Of a DNA stretch of 64,000 nt, positions 45,418 to 55,172 are shown in pieces. The position numbers and the translations under genes are program-made. The notes under the pieces are model-generated. The model searched no databases, was not told where the DNA came from, and was given only the letters and a program-made list of their open reading frames with translations. Each line of letters begins with the position of its first letter. The first letter of the stretch is position 1. This DNA comes from Nitrosarchaeum sp. (GTDB taxonomy: Archaea > Thermoproteota > Nitrososphaeria > Nitrososphaerales > Nitrosopumilaceae), in the NCBI GenBank assembly GCA_021414365.1, contig JAIOOR010000020.1, forward strand, positions 3,339 to 67,338, given 5' to 3'.

Positions 45418-46242
45418 TTGTCTGATGATATGAACTCTGATGATCTAATGTCTGATGATTTATTGTATGATGACTTGAGTAGAAAGATAGAGTCTAAAGT
45501 TGACAATAAATTAATTTCTAAATCTAAAAAGGGTAGTTTAGAAGATGGATTCAAAAAAGGGAAGGTGATCAATGAAGTTTTAGATAAGCCTACTGTAATG
45601 ACACTTTACAAAATGATAACAGATCATATAATTGCATATGTTAATGGTCCTGTAAGTGCAGGAAAAGAATCTGTTCTTTTTTGGGCAGTAGATGAAAAAA
45701 ATAACAATGTCGCATTAAAAATTTACTTGATAAGCACATCAAATTTTAAAAAACGAGAACAATACATAACAGGAGATCCACGATTTTCAAAAATAAAAAG
45801 AGGGACAAAAAATCTTATTTATTTATGGGCAAAAAAGGAATATAGGAATTTAACTCAATGTTACAAATGTGGAATTCCAGTTCCAAGACCACTATATCTA
45901 TCAAATAATGTGCTCGCACTAGACTTTATAGGTGAAAATGGCTCTCCTGCAAAGATTTTGCTTGATTCAGAAGTTGATGAAAATGACTATGCTCAAGCAA
46001 TTTCTATTATTACGAGATTATATCAAAAAGCTAAATTGGTTCATGGAGATTATTCTGAATATAATATTTTTAAAACTCTAAGGGGGTTGGTTCTTTTTGA
46101 TCTTGGTTCTGCAGTTGATCTAAGACACCCTAATGCTCAAGAATTTCTTAAAAGAGATATTAATAATATCACTAGATTCTTTTCTAAAAGAGGAATTTCT
46201 GTTGAAGACCCGACTAAACTATTTGAGGATATTGTAAGATGA
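45418..46242 (+). CDS. rio1: RIO-type serine protein kinase
   Basis: GPVSAGKESVLF, ALKIY, HGDYSEYNI and DLGSAV. TTG start. Confidence 0.85.
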   Translation: MSDDMNSDDLMSDDLLYDDLSRKIESKVDNKLISKSKKGSLEDGFKKGKVINEVLDKPTVMTLYKMITDHIIAYVNGPVSAGKESVLFWAVDEKNNNVALKIYLISTSNFKKREQYITGDPRFSKIKRGTKNLIYLWAKKEYRNLTQCYKCGIPVPRPLYLSNNVLALDFIGENGSPAKILLDSEVDENDYAQAISIITRLYQKAKLVHGDYSEYNIFKTLRGLVLFDLGSAVDLRHPNAQEFLKRDINNITRFFSKRGISVEDPTKLFEDIVR

Positions 46243-46811
46243 GCTTTGAGAAAATACTTCGAATCCCAAATGATCGAATTGCAGTATTAATCGGCAAATC
46301 TGGAAATGTAAAATCAACCATTGAAAATCTTTGTCATGTCACTTTAGATATAAATGGAGAAACAGGAGAAGTTTTTATTACATCAAATGGAAACATTGAA
46401 GACATCGAACCATTCAAGGCTATGGAAATTGTAATTGCGATAGGTAGAGGATTTTCTCCTGATAATGCATTGAATTTACTAAAAGGTGAAAATGCATTAC
46501 ATGTGATTGATTTGAGAGAATTTGTAGGAAAATCAAATGCAAATATTGAAAGGATAAAAGGGAGAATTATAGGAGAAGGTGGTAAGGCAAGAAAAAACAT
46601 GGAAAATTTAACTGGTACTCATATTTCTGTTTATGGAAAAACTGTTTCAATAATTGGTGATACGAGTAAACTGAGATTAGTTGTAGATGCAATCTCTTCC
46701 ATATCAAATGGAAGTATACATGGTGCCGTTTACAACAAGTTAGAAGCAGCAAACAGAAAAAATAAACAAGAAAAAATGCAATTGTGGGAAAATCAAGATG
46801 TCTACTATTAA
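46239..46811 (+). CDS. KH-domain RNA-binding protein (Dim2/Pno1-like)
   Basis: Two KH-like modules (IGKSGNVK and IGEGGKARKN). Confidence 0.8.
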   Translation: MSFEKILRIPNDRIAVLIGKSGNVKSTIENLCHVTLDINGETGEVFITSNGNIEDIEPFKAMEIVIAIGRGFSPDNALNLLKGENALHVIDLREFVGKSNANIERIKGRIIGEGGKARKNMENLTGTHISVYGKTVSIIGDTSKLRLVVDAISSISNGSIHGAVYNKLEAANRKNKQEKMQLWENQDVYY

Positions 46812-48642
46812 AGAAAAATTTAATCAAATCTCACCAAGTGAGTTTTTCTATAGAAATAGGGATTTAGCTGGTTTTAGCAACCCTACTAGATCTTTGTATA
46901 CTGCAGTACGTGAATTTGTAGAAAATTCTTTGGATGCATGTGATCAAAAAGGTATCTTTCCAGATGTTCACATGTCTATAAAAGCGGTGGATCCTGAAAA
47001 ACAAGACCCAAAACCATACATTCTAACTGTTAAAGATAATGGACCTGGAATAGAGTCAAAGCATGTTCCATTGGCATTTGGAACTGTTCTTTATGGTTCT
47101 AAATTTGGATTAAAACAGGCACGAGGAATGTTTGGTCTTGGTGCAACAATGGCAATTCTTTATGGTCAAATTACAACAAACAAACCTGTTTATGTTAAAA
47201 GCTCAACTGATGGAAAAATTCAAGATGAATTTGAATTGCTATTGGATATTCAAAAAAATAAGCCAGTCATTATAAAACACAATACAAAAGAAGTTACAAA
47301 ACGTGGTCTTTCAGTTAGCATTTGTTTGGAAGGTGATTATTCAAAAGCAGGTTCAAAAATTAAAGATTATGTCTATGAAACATCATTGATTACTCCATAT
47401 GCAACAATCACATTTGATGATCCAAAAGGTGAAAAATTTCATTACTCTAAAATTGTAAATGAAATGCCACCTGCTCCTACAATAATTAGACCTCATGCAC
47501 ATGGTATTGATGTTGAAACAATTAGACGCATGATGGTTGAATCTCAATTTGAAATTCCAAACATTGATGATGCGATGATTGAAAAAGTTAGAAAAGATTT
47601 AGGACTATCAATAAAAAATCTTTCATTTACTGGAATAATGGATAAAGCAAAAAAACGTTGGAAAACTCTTTCTAGACCTGTAAGAGTTGTAATCTCTCTG
47701 ATGTCTTTTCTTGAAATGGATTTTGATAAACTAAATAAAATTAGAATTGAAGATATTGATGTACCAAATAAAAAATTGTATTACTGGGATTTTGGTGATT
47801 CACAATCTAAATCTGTAGATATGGATCCTGAAAATCCGTACTATAAACAATTGACTGGTACTGTTCAAGGAGAGACATTAACTACGTTTTTGACAAAAAG
47901 ATTTCAAAGAATTGGACCATCAACAGCTGTAAAATTTGCTGAATTTGCAGGATTCAAACCCGAAAAGCGTATGGGTTCAATGACAAATGAAGAATTAGTT
48001 AAACTCAGTGACTCATTACAGAAATTTGAAGATTTTCTATCGCCTGATCCAAGTTGTTTAGCACCATTAGGTGAAGAACCTCTTGAAAAAGGAATGAAAA
48101 AATTCTTCAAACCTGATTTTTGTGCTGTAATACAACGCCCAGCTTCGGCTTATTCTGGATTTCCATTCATTGTAGAGATGGGCATTGCATATGGTGGCGA
48201 AATACGGCCTGGTGGTCCTCACGTCTACCGTTATGCAAACAGAATCCCACTGCTTTATGATGAGGGAAGCGATGTAGTTCTAAAAGTAGTAAATGACACT
48301 GATTGGACTAGATACAAAGTCAAAGGCGATCCACCATTTGTAATTGTATCGCATATCTGCTCTACTAGAATTCCTTACAAGACAGTTGGAAAAGAAAATG
48401 TTGCAGACAGGCAAGAAATAGAACGTGAATTAAGATTAGGATTACAATTTTTGTCACGAAAGCTTGCAGCATACATGTCTAAACGAGGTCAAGCAGAAAT
48501 GGCAAAAAAGAGAGCAAATCTATATGCAAAATACCTTCCATTAATTGCACAGTTTTGTACAGAACTTTCTGGAAAGACTAAAGAACCAAATTATAAGAAA
48601 TTACTAGAAGAGGAGATCATAGTTGACGACAAACAAGATTAA
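46798..48642 (+). CDS. top6B: DNA topoisomerase VI subunit B
   Basis: GHKL ATPase: REFVENSLDA, VKDNGPGI, GMFGLGA. Followed by top6A. Confidence 0.92.
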   Translation: MSTIKEKFNQISPSEFFYRNRDLAGFSNPTRSLYTAVREFVENSLDACDQKGIFPDVHMSIKAVDPEKQDPKPYILTVKDNGPGIESKHVPLAFGTVLYGSKFGLKQARGMFGLGATMAILYGQITTNKPVYVKSSTDGKIQDEFELLLDIQKNKPVIIKHNTKEVTKRGLSVSICLEGDYSKAGSKIKDYVYETSLITPYATITFDDPKGEKFHYSKIVNEMPPAPTIIRPHAHGIDVETIRRMMVESQFEIPNIDDAMIEKVRKDLGLSIKNLSFTGIMDKAKKRWKTLSRPVRVVISLMSFLEMDFDKLNKIRIEDIDVPNKKLYYWDFGDSQSKSVDMDPENPYYKQLTGTVQGETLTTFLTKRFQRIGPSTAVKFAEFAGFKPEKRMGSMTNEELVKLSDSLQKFEDFLSPDPSCLAPLGEEPLEKGMKKFFKPDFCAVIQRPASAYSGFPFIVEMGIAYGGEIRPGGPHVYRYANRIPLLYDEGSDVVLKVVNDTDWTRYKVKGDPPFVIVSHICSTRIPYKTVGKENVADRQEIERELRLGLQFLSRKLAAYMSKRGQAEMAKKRANLYAKYLPLIAQFCTELSGKTKEPNYKKLLEEEIIVDDKQD

Positions 48643-49729
48643 AGATCGTAAGAAAAAAGCACTTGAAAAACAGCAAAACATCATAGATATTCTAAAAGAT
48701 CATGGGGCTAAAATCTATGATGATCTAAATAATGGGCAATTTCCAAAATTTTCAATTCCTAGCAGATCTGTTAGTAATATTGTCTATGATAAAAAACTGA
48801 GGCAATATATTTTAGGAAATTCTGCAGCACTTAGAAGCTCAAGGAATTCTTCTCAATTAAGGTCATTTACACAATTAATGTGGTTGGCATTTTTTGCCAA
48901 TAGATTAACACAAGAAAAAAAATCATCCACATTAAGAGACGTTTATTACTCTTCTCAAGCATTCGAAATCGAATTTGAAGATCAATCAGAATCTGATAAT
49001 ATTATTGTGGATTTGGAAGCTGTGTTGTCAAAACCACGAGAAGATTTTCATATATTTCCAGAAGAGAGAAGCTCAATTTTTGGAGATTTGAATATAGAGT
49101 ATACAATTCCTGGCTATGAGGGTAAAAAGATGAATCTTTCTAACCATCCTGATGGGTATGCTATAGGTCCTAGCTTGACTACTGCTGAATTATTAGATAC
49201 AAGTGCTGAAATTGTTATTGCCATAGAGAAAGGTGGATTATTTACAAGATTTGTAGAAGAACAAGTTGATAAGAAATTCAAATCTATTATAATTAATACT
49301 GGAGGTCAAGCTCCTCGTTCTACTAGGACTTTATTAAAAAGATTACATGATGAAATGGGATTACCTGTAATTGTTCTCACTGACGGTGATGTGTATGGCG
49401 AACACATTGCAATGGTAATTAAATCTGGTTCTGCAAATGCGGCACATCTAAGAGAACTCACTGTTCCTGATGCTAAATGGGTAGGTGTATGGGCTACTGA
49501 TATTGAAAAATTCAAACTTCCAACAATCCCAATGACTGAATCTGACATTAAACGATGCTATGATCTACAAAGTGATCCTCGATATCAGGAAGGTATTTGG
49601 AAAAAAGAACTGGATGTGTTTCTTAAAATAAAAAGAAAAGCCGAATTAGAGGCATTTTCAAAATATGGTTTGACAAACATTACAGAAAAATACCTTCCAC
49701 AGAAATTAGAACTTGCTAAAAGCCTATAA
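48623..49729 (+). CDS. top6A: DNA topoisomerase VI subunit A (Spo11 family)
   Basis: LRDVYY (catalytic Tyr region) and Toprim VIAIEKGG...LTDGDVYG. TTG start overlaps top6B. Confidence 0.92.
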   Translation: MTTNKIKDRKKKALEKQQNIIDILKDHGAKIYDDLNNGQFPKFSIPSRSVSNIVYDKKLRQYILGNSAALRSSRNSSQLRSFTQLMWLAFFANRLTQEKKSSTLRDVYYSSQAFEIEFEDQSESDNIIVDLEAVLSKPREDFHIFPEERSSIFGDLNIEYTIPGYEGKKMNLSNHPDGYAIGPSLTTAELLDTSAEIVIAIEKGGLFTRFVEEQVDKKFKSIIINTGGQAPRSTRTLLKRLHDEMGLPVIVLTDGDVYGEHIAMVIKSGSANAAHLRELTVPDAKWVGVWATDIEKFKLPTIPMTESDIKRCYDLQSDPRYQEGIWKKELDVFLKIKRKAELEAFSKYGLTNITEKYLPQKLELAKSL

Positions 49730-50239
49730 TTTTTTAATTCTAAGTGTTAATACGCCATTTCTATATTTGAAATCACCAATTTGCATTTCATTTGAACCTT
49801 CTATTGGAACTTCTTTTGAAAAACCTACAGAACCGCGAATATACAAAACACCATCGATTAATCTAACGGCTATCTTGTCTTCTGGTCCTGGAACTTCAGC
49901 TACAAAAACGAAATCATCTTCTCCTTTGATAAGATCATACACCCAATTTTTTGTTTCTTGTTCTCTTATGTTGTAAACTGGCTTTTGATCTTTGGTCATT
50001 TTTTTCATAACATGAACCCAATAAAACATTGTAATAGCAGCAGCACCAATTAAAATAAAACTAACAAATCCTGAACCTGATCTTTGAGTCATTATGTAAA
50101 TTATTCCAAGAAACAAAATTGCCATAATTGGAATTACAAAATTTAACGACTGTTCATTTGAATATGTTCCTTTATAACTTGCCAAGTAGTTGGTTTTGAC
50201 TTTGACCAAATATAAAGTATCTTTGATTTTTATTACCAT
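49724..50239 (-). CDS. membrane-anchored Hsp20/alpha-crystallin-like protein
   Basis: Two TM helices, then DDFVFVAEVPGPEDKIAVRLIDGVLYIRG...NGVLTLRI. Confidence 0.6.
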   Translation of the reverse strand: MVIKIKDTLYLVKVKTNYLASYKGTYSNEQSLNFVIPIMAILFLGIIYIMTQRSGSGFVSFILIGAAAITMFYWVHVMKKMTKDQKPVYNIREQETKNWVYDLIKGEDDFVFVAEVPGPEDKIAVRLIDGVLYIRGSVGFSKEVPIEGSNEMQIGDFKYRNGVLTLRIKKL

Positions 50240-50256
50240 TTTTTAAAATTCATTTA

Positions 50257-50484
50257 ATGACTAATGGCAATAAAACTGGCAAGCTTACTATCAAGGATCT
50301 CGTTTTGAAGGGAACAATCATTGCAGGAATTGTGACTATTCCATCCATTACGTCTTTTGTGGTTGCTTGGATAATTCTTGATAATCTAATACAGGCTGTA
50401 ATAATAGGTGCTGTAATTCATTTTATTGCCATGGGATTCTCACTAAAAATATCAAAAAAATTGTTAGTGAAAAGAGATCCATAA
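50257..50484 (+). CDS. small membrane protein (75 aa)
   Basis: Two hydrophobic helices. Confidence 0.4.
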   Translation: MTNGNKTGKLTIKDLVLKGTIIAGIVTIPSITSFVVAWIILDNLIQAVIIGAVIHFIAMGFSLKISKKLLVKRDP

Positions 50485-50516
50485 CATCCTTTATTTGATT
50501 AAGAATTATTTCAAAA

Positions 50517-50873
50517 ATGATGGATATATCTAGAGTTGAAAAGGATCTTATTTCAGAAATAAAATTAGATCCTCTACAGGCAAAAGTCTTTCTTTTAGTA
50601 ACATGTAGTGGAAAAATGACTCCTTCTACAATTGCAGAAAAACTAGATATCTCAACTGATGTTGCTTTGAATACTGCTAAGGCTCTTATGGTACTGGGTG
50701 CTTTCATAGATATTTCTGAAACTGAATTTGAAGCAATGCATCCTAGATTTACAGCTGTAAACATGTATAGAAAATTATGCGAGAGAGAACATGTTGAATT
50801 TAAACGAAATAAAATTGTTGACAATATAGGGGTAATTCTAGAAAAATCATACGATGATGCAAGAACTAAATAA
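50517..50873 (+). CDS. TrmB-like helix-turn-helix protein
   Basis: ...QAKVFLLVTCSGKMTPSTIAEKLDISTDVALNTAKALMVLG resembles a TrmB-type wHTH. Confidence 0.5.
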   Translation: MMDISRVEKDLISEIKLDPLQAKVFLLVTCSGKMTPSTIAEKLDISTDVALNTAKALMVLGAFIDISETEFEAMHPRFTAVNMYRKLCEREHVEFKRNKIVDNIGVILEKSYDDARTK

Positions 50874-50895
50874 TCCTAACATTTGTTAAACAATA

Positions 50896-51294
50896 TTGAG
50901 TATTGATACCGAATCCTGTAAACATCAACCAGTGTATTTTGGGGTAACTAACGTCAACATATCTGAGAGGACTATAGGTTCAGTTGATGTATGGCGATGC
51001 GGTGTTTGTAAGAAACGATTTTGTGAAGAAAAACAGCTTGGAATAGAAGAATTGGCAGATTTAGTGGGTATGCCAAAAATTGATCCTGATGCAAAATGGG
51101 CTGTAATAGTATGTAAATTACAACAAGGGAAATACAGATGGAAACTAGTTAGACTAAAAGAAAATTCTGAGATTAAACATGAGTGTTTAGATGAACAAAT
51201 CATTTCTCTTAAAGTAAATAATTTCAAGGTTGAAGATGATAAACACTGGAGCTTTTTGATTGATGATCATGTTAACAAGGCTGTAGAAATATAA
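50896..51294 (+). CDS. hypothetical protein (132 aa) with a CxxC motif
   Basis: TTG start, 22 nt after the upstream gene. Contains WRCGVCKKRFC. Confidence 0.45.
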   Translation: MSIDTESCKHQPVYFGVTNVNISERTIGSVDVWRCGVCKKRFCEEKQLGIEELADLVGMPKIDPDAKWAVIVCKLQQGKYRWKLVRLKENSEIKHECLDEQIISLKVNNFKVEDDKHWSFLIDDHVNKAVEI

Positions 51295-51295
51295 T

Positions 51296-51580
51296 TTGAA
51301 TCTCAAAGTTCACATCAATAATGTTCATGGAAGCCAAATGGCTGCAAAAATCACTGGTACTTTTACTATAGATTCTCATTCTTTTAGATTCAATGCTATT
51401 GCATTTGGACGAATTGGTGGTCAAAACATAGGTGCAAAAATTTCTAAAATCACAGAAAAAGAACTACTGAAACTAGGGTATGATGTTGATACAGTAATTG
51501 ATTCATTACAATCTAGTCTTCTTCAAGGTGATCTTACTTTGCCAGAAGGACTAAAAAGAGAATCCTTTGTTGATGATTAG
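51296..51580 (+). CDS. hypothetical protein (94 aa)
   Basis: Begins 1 nt after the upstream stop. TTG start. Confidence 0.4.
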   Translation: MNLKVHINNVHGSQMAAKITGTFTIDSHSFRFNAIAFGRIGGQNIGAKISKITEKELLKLGYDVDTVIDSLQSSLLQGDLTLPEGLKRESFVDD

Positions 51581-52368
51581 AATTCAGCTTCTTTCAAAGC
51601 ATTTGCACATAAACAGCTTCGTGTTTTTGGAATTTGACTAATTAAATCCGTAAGAACTTTTTTTGTTCTCTCTACATTTTTAGAAAGTGTCTCTAAAACT
51701 TCTTTTGCCGTAACTGGTTTTTCAGCCCATACATCATAATCTGTCACCGTTGAAATTGATGCATAACACATTTGAGCCTCTCTTGCAAGCTGGCATTCTG
51801 GAACTAGTGTCATTCCAATGATGCCTGCTCCTGTAGTTCTGTAAAATTTTGATTCTGCCTTGGTGGAAAATCTTGGTCCTTCAATGCAAACATAAGTACA
51901 GTCTTTATGAATGTGAAAGTTTTGTTCTTTTACAACTTTTAGAATTGATGATTGTAATTCAGGACAAAATGGATCTGCAACAGAAATGTGAATAACTCTG
52001 CCATTTTCTGAAAATGTCCCCTCCCTTGATTTTGTGAAATCTAAGAACTGTGTTGGTAATGCAAAATGTCCTGGCTCTATCTCTTCTTTTAAACTTCCAA
52101 CTGCAGATGGAGCAATTATTCTCGTTATGCCTAATTCTTTGAATGCCCAAATATTTGCTTTATAATTTATCAAGTGCGGTGGAATCGTGTGTTTTTTTCC
52201 ATGTCTGGGTAAAAATGCAATTTTTCTTCCCTTAAAAATTCCAACCGTAATTGAATCTGATGGTTTTCCAAAAGGTGTGTCTATTGATATTTCCTGAGCA
52301 TTCTCAAGTATTCCAGAATCATAAATTCCTGTTCCTCCAAAAATTCCAATTTCTACATCCTTTTCCAT
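51577..52368 (-). CDS. mtnP: S-methyl-5'-thioadenosine phosphorylase / purine nucleoside phosphorylase
   Basis: [25 protein letters not shown], and GMTLVPE. Confidence 0.88.
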   Translation of the reverse strand: MEKDVEIGIFGGTGIYDSGILENAQEISIDTPFGKPSDSITVGIFKGRKIAFLPRHGKKHTIPPHLINYKANIWAFKELGITRIIAPSAVGSLKEEIEPGHFALPTQFLDFTKSREGTFSENGRVIHISVADPFCPELQSSILKVVKEQNFHIHKDCTYVCIEGPRFSTKAESKFYRTTGAGIIGMTLVPECQLAREAQMCYASISTVTDYDVWAEKPVTAKEVLETLSKNVERTKKVLTDLISQIPKTRSCLCANALKEAEF

Positions 52369-52880
52369 TAGTATCTTACCAATGATTTACAATTGTATTG
52401 ATTAATCCCTTTCATTCCGTTTAGTTCTGTTAATTCAATTATGAATGCAAATCCTGTTACTTTACCTCCTACTTTTTCTATTAATTTTGCAGATGCTTTT
52501 GCAGTTCCACCAGTTGCAAGCAAATCATCACAAATTATGATTCTTTGCCCTTTATTGATAATGTCTTTTTGAATTTCAATCGTATCTTGTCCATATTCAA
52601 TCTTATATGATAATTTTGTAGTTTTACCTGGTAATTTCCCTGCTTTTCTAACCATGATCATTCCCTTATTGTATCTAGAAGCTAAAACACATGCTAGTAA
52701 AAATCCTCTGGCTTCTATACCTGCAAATAAATCCACATCTTTTGGATGAAAATGTTTTGTAAATTCATCTGCAATAAATGATAATGCTGAAGGATCTTTT
52801 AATATTGGACTGAAATCTCTAAATAATATTCCTTTTTTTGGGAAATTTGGTATCTCTAATATTTTTTCTTTAAGATTCAT
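52368..52880 (-). CDS. apt: adenine phosphoribosyltransferase
   Basis: [11 protein letters not shown] and the PRPP loop [14 protein letters not shown]. Confidence 0.9.
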   Translation of the reverse strand: MNLKEKILEIPNFPKKGILFRDFSPILKDPSALSFIADEFTKHFHPKDVDLFAGIEARGFLLACVLASRYNKGMIMVRKAGKLPGKTTKLSYKIEYGQDTIEIQKDIINKGQRIIICDDLLATGGTAKASAKLIEKVGGKVTGFAFIIELTELNGMKGINQYNCKSLVRY

Positions 52881-52919
52881 ACCATAAATTCAATACAGGT
52901 GGAATAAAATTGTTTGAAA

Positions 52920-55094
52920 TTAATTTATAATAAAAGTTGCTTCTGCAGAGCTACCTGTCGCATCCGTTACTTTGAGAGTGTATGTTCCAGATGGTGTGTG
53001 CTCGGGAATAAACCATGGTTGTTTGATGTCTCCGTTACTAGATGCATGAAATGACAGTGATGCTATTTCAACACCTTCTGGTGAAATGATTTTCATACTT
53101 ACCTCACCACTGGCATTCGCCACTTTAATGTCTAGACTTTTTCCAAATCCTGGAATTTCTACACCATTTGTTGCTGTGACTACCAATCCTTCTTCTTTAG
53201 ATGCTTTGACATTAATATTGACTTTGTCAAAATTTGGACCACTTTTTACATTTATTGCCCACTTGCCTACCTCTGCAGGAGTGGGTATTCTTAACTCACT
53301 AAATGAAATTTTTCCGTTTTTATCTGAAAAAGTATCTTTTGATTTTACAATATTCCCATCTGGATCAATTAACTCTATTGTTAAAAGTGCATTAGGATTC
53401 GTGTTTCCTAAAATTAAAATTGACTCTTCAGATTGATATTCTAATTTTGTAGTGTTAATTTTGATATCACCAGAACCTGCTTGTAATCCAACTGTAAATA
53501 ATTCAGTAGTCTTTGCATTGGCTTTTGTAATAATGGCAGTGTACACTCCTGAAGAATATCCACTTAGGTCAAGATGATATTGTTTTCTTCCATCTTGTTC
53601 TAATGTTATGGGAATTTCATTAGTTCCATCTGAAAATGTCTTTTGTTTATCTGAAGGATCAATTATTAGCAAGCTCACTTTATCTCCGGGCTTTCCAGAT
53701 AATGATATGTTTGCAGTTTCTGTAGTTTTGTAATTTAATTTATCAAACTTGGCATTAATTGGAATTGAAGGTAATTGCCCTAATCCAGCGTAAATAAATT
53801 CCGTCTTACCGTCTTGTGTAGCAACTAAAGTCCATGTTCCCTCTTTGTCTACATTAATTTGCGTTGGATATTGAAATTCAACTAATCCTGATTCACTAAC
53901 ATTTATGGTCTTTGAAAATCTTTCAACTCCTAGTGGATCTTGTAAAATTAACTCTAGTTCTTTATTTGGTAGAGCAGTACCATTAAATTTCATTATGTCT
54001 CCCGGATTAAATTTTAAATCTATAGGTGCCAAAAGAACCGTTTTAGTTGTTTCTACAGTCCATGATACTGTAGTTTGATCTTTACCATCTGAAATCACCG
54101 CGTTGTAAACTCCAAATACAGTATCTCCAGGCACTGTGATCGGATCTATTTTCCAATTTCCTTTAGAATCCGAATTTGCGGTTCGAGTGTTAATTATGAC
54201 ATCATCTGAATTTTTTATTGATATGGTAACGCCGCTGTTTGGTTGAGCAGTTCCAGAAACTTCTATCAAGTCTCCTCTATGCATTATAGGTGGAACTCCA
54301 TTCACTGAAAGTTTTATAATTTCAGTATCCGGAATTCTGTTCTCTACCTCTCCTATTCTTAGACTTATTTTCTTCTCATTTCCAGATTTGTCTTTGATAG
54401 AAAAATCAACTCTGTCAGTGCTTTGAGTTTTTGGAATTACTACAGTAGTGATAAAATGCCCATTTTCATCTGATTGAACAGTTCCGATGCTATCTCTATC
54501 TAAATAAATATCGTATTGTTTTGATGCCTCAAAATTATCTCCTATGACTCTAACAGTTGAACCGGCACTTGGTTTTTCTGGAATTAATTTAAACTCTGCA
54601 TTATCTAAAGTTGTAACCATGATGTTTTGATCTGTTGTAGTTCCTACCTTCTCAACTGCAGATAATGCTCCTGGAATTGTCTTTCCAATTTCTATTTGAT
54701 TTTGATTTTTATCTAGTGCTTTCCAATTTATTCCTGGTTTTGTTTGGTCTGTCTTGACTCCAATTTTAATAGATTCTCCAGGCTTTACAGATTCTAAAGA
54801 TGTGAAAATTATTACTCCTTGAGGTGTTTTCTCACCAGTCCACCCACTTTCTGTTTTAAATGATTTAAAATTCATGTCACTTCCAAGCCAAACTCTAAAT
54901 GAATTCACATCTTCTTTTCCACTATTGGTAAATTCGATAATTGTAGTTTCTTCAAATGAATAACTCTTCACCCCAATTTCTGCAGCATATGCATTTATTG
55001 GAATGATTATTGCTACTATCAAACATAATAATGCTAATGAAAGGAAAATTCCTCTCACGGAGGACTTGGTCATATGTTCATGCTGCTTCATCAC
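52920..55094 (-). CDS. large secreted protein made of repeated Ig-like/beta-sandwich modules
   Basis: Signal-anchor-like N-terminus, T/S/G/V-rich beta-strand pattern, no Cys. Confidence 0.65.
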   Translation of the reverse strand: MMKQHEHMTKSSVRGIFLSLALLCLIVAIIIPINAYAAEIGVKSYSFEETTIIEFTNSGKEDVNSFRVWLGSDMNFKSFKTESGWTGEKTPQGVIIFTSLESVKPGESIKIGVKTDQTKPGINWKALDKNQNQIEIGKTIPGALSAVEKVGTTTDQNIMVTTLDNAEFKLIPEKPSAGSTVRVIGDNFEASKQYDIYLDRDSIGTVQSDENGHFITTVVIPKTQSTDRVDFSIKDKSGNEKKISLRIGEVENRIPDTEIIKLSVNGVPPIMHRGDLIEVSGTAQPNSGVTISIKNSDDVIINTRTANSDSKGNWKIDPITVPGDTVFGVYNAVISDGKDQTTVSWTVETTKTVLLAPIDLKFNPGDIMKFNGTALPNKELELILQDPLGVERFSKTINVSESGLVEFQYPTQINVDKEGTWTLVATQDGKTEFIYAGLGQLPSIPINAKFDKLNYKTTETANISLSGKPGDKVSLLIIDPSDKQKTFSDGTNEIPITLEQDGRKQYHLDLSGYSSGVYTAIITKANAKTTELFTVGLQAGSGDIKINTTKLEYQSEESILILGNTNPNALLTIELIDPDGNIVKSKDTFSDKNGKISFSELRIPTPAEVGKWAINVKSGPNFDKVNINVKASKEEGLVVTATNGVEIPGFGKSLDIKVANASGEVSMKIISPEGVEIASLSFHASSNGDIKQPWFIPEHTPSGTYTLKVTDATGSSAEATFIIN

Positions 55095-55172
55095 TCACTT
55101 AAACCTTAAAGTGTATTTTATTACTTTTGTATTTGTAATTGAGGTATTTTTCATTCGCAAACTTCTTTAATC

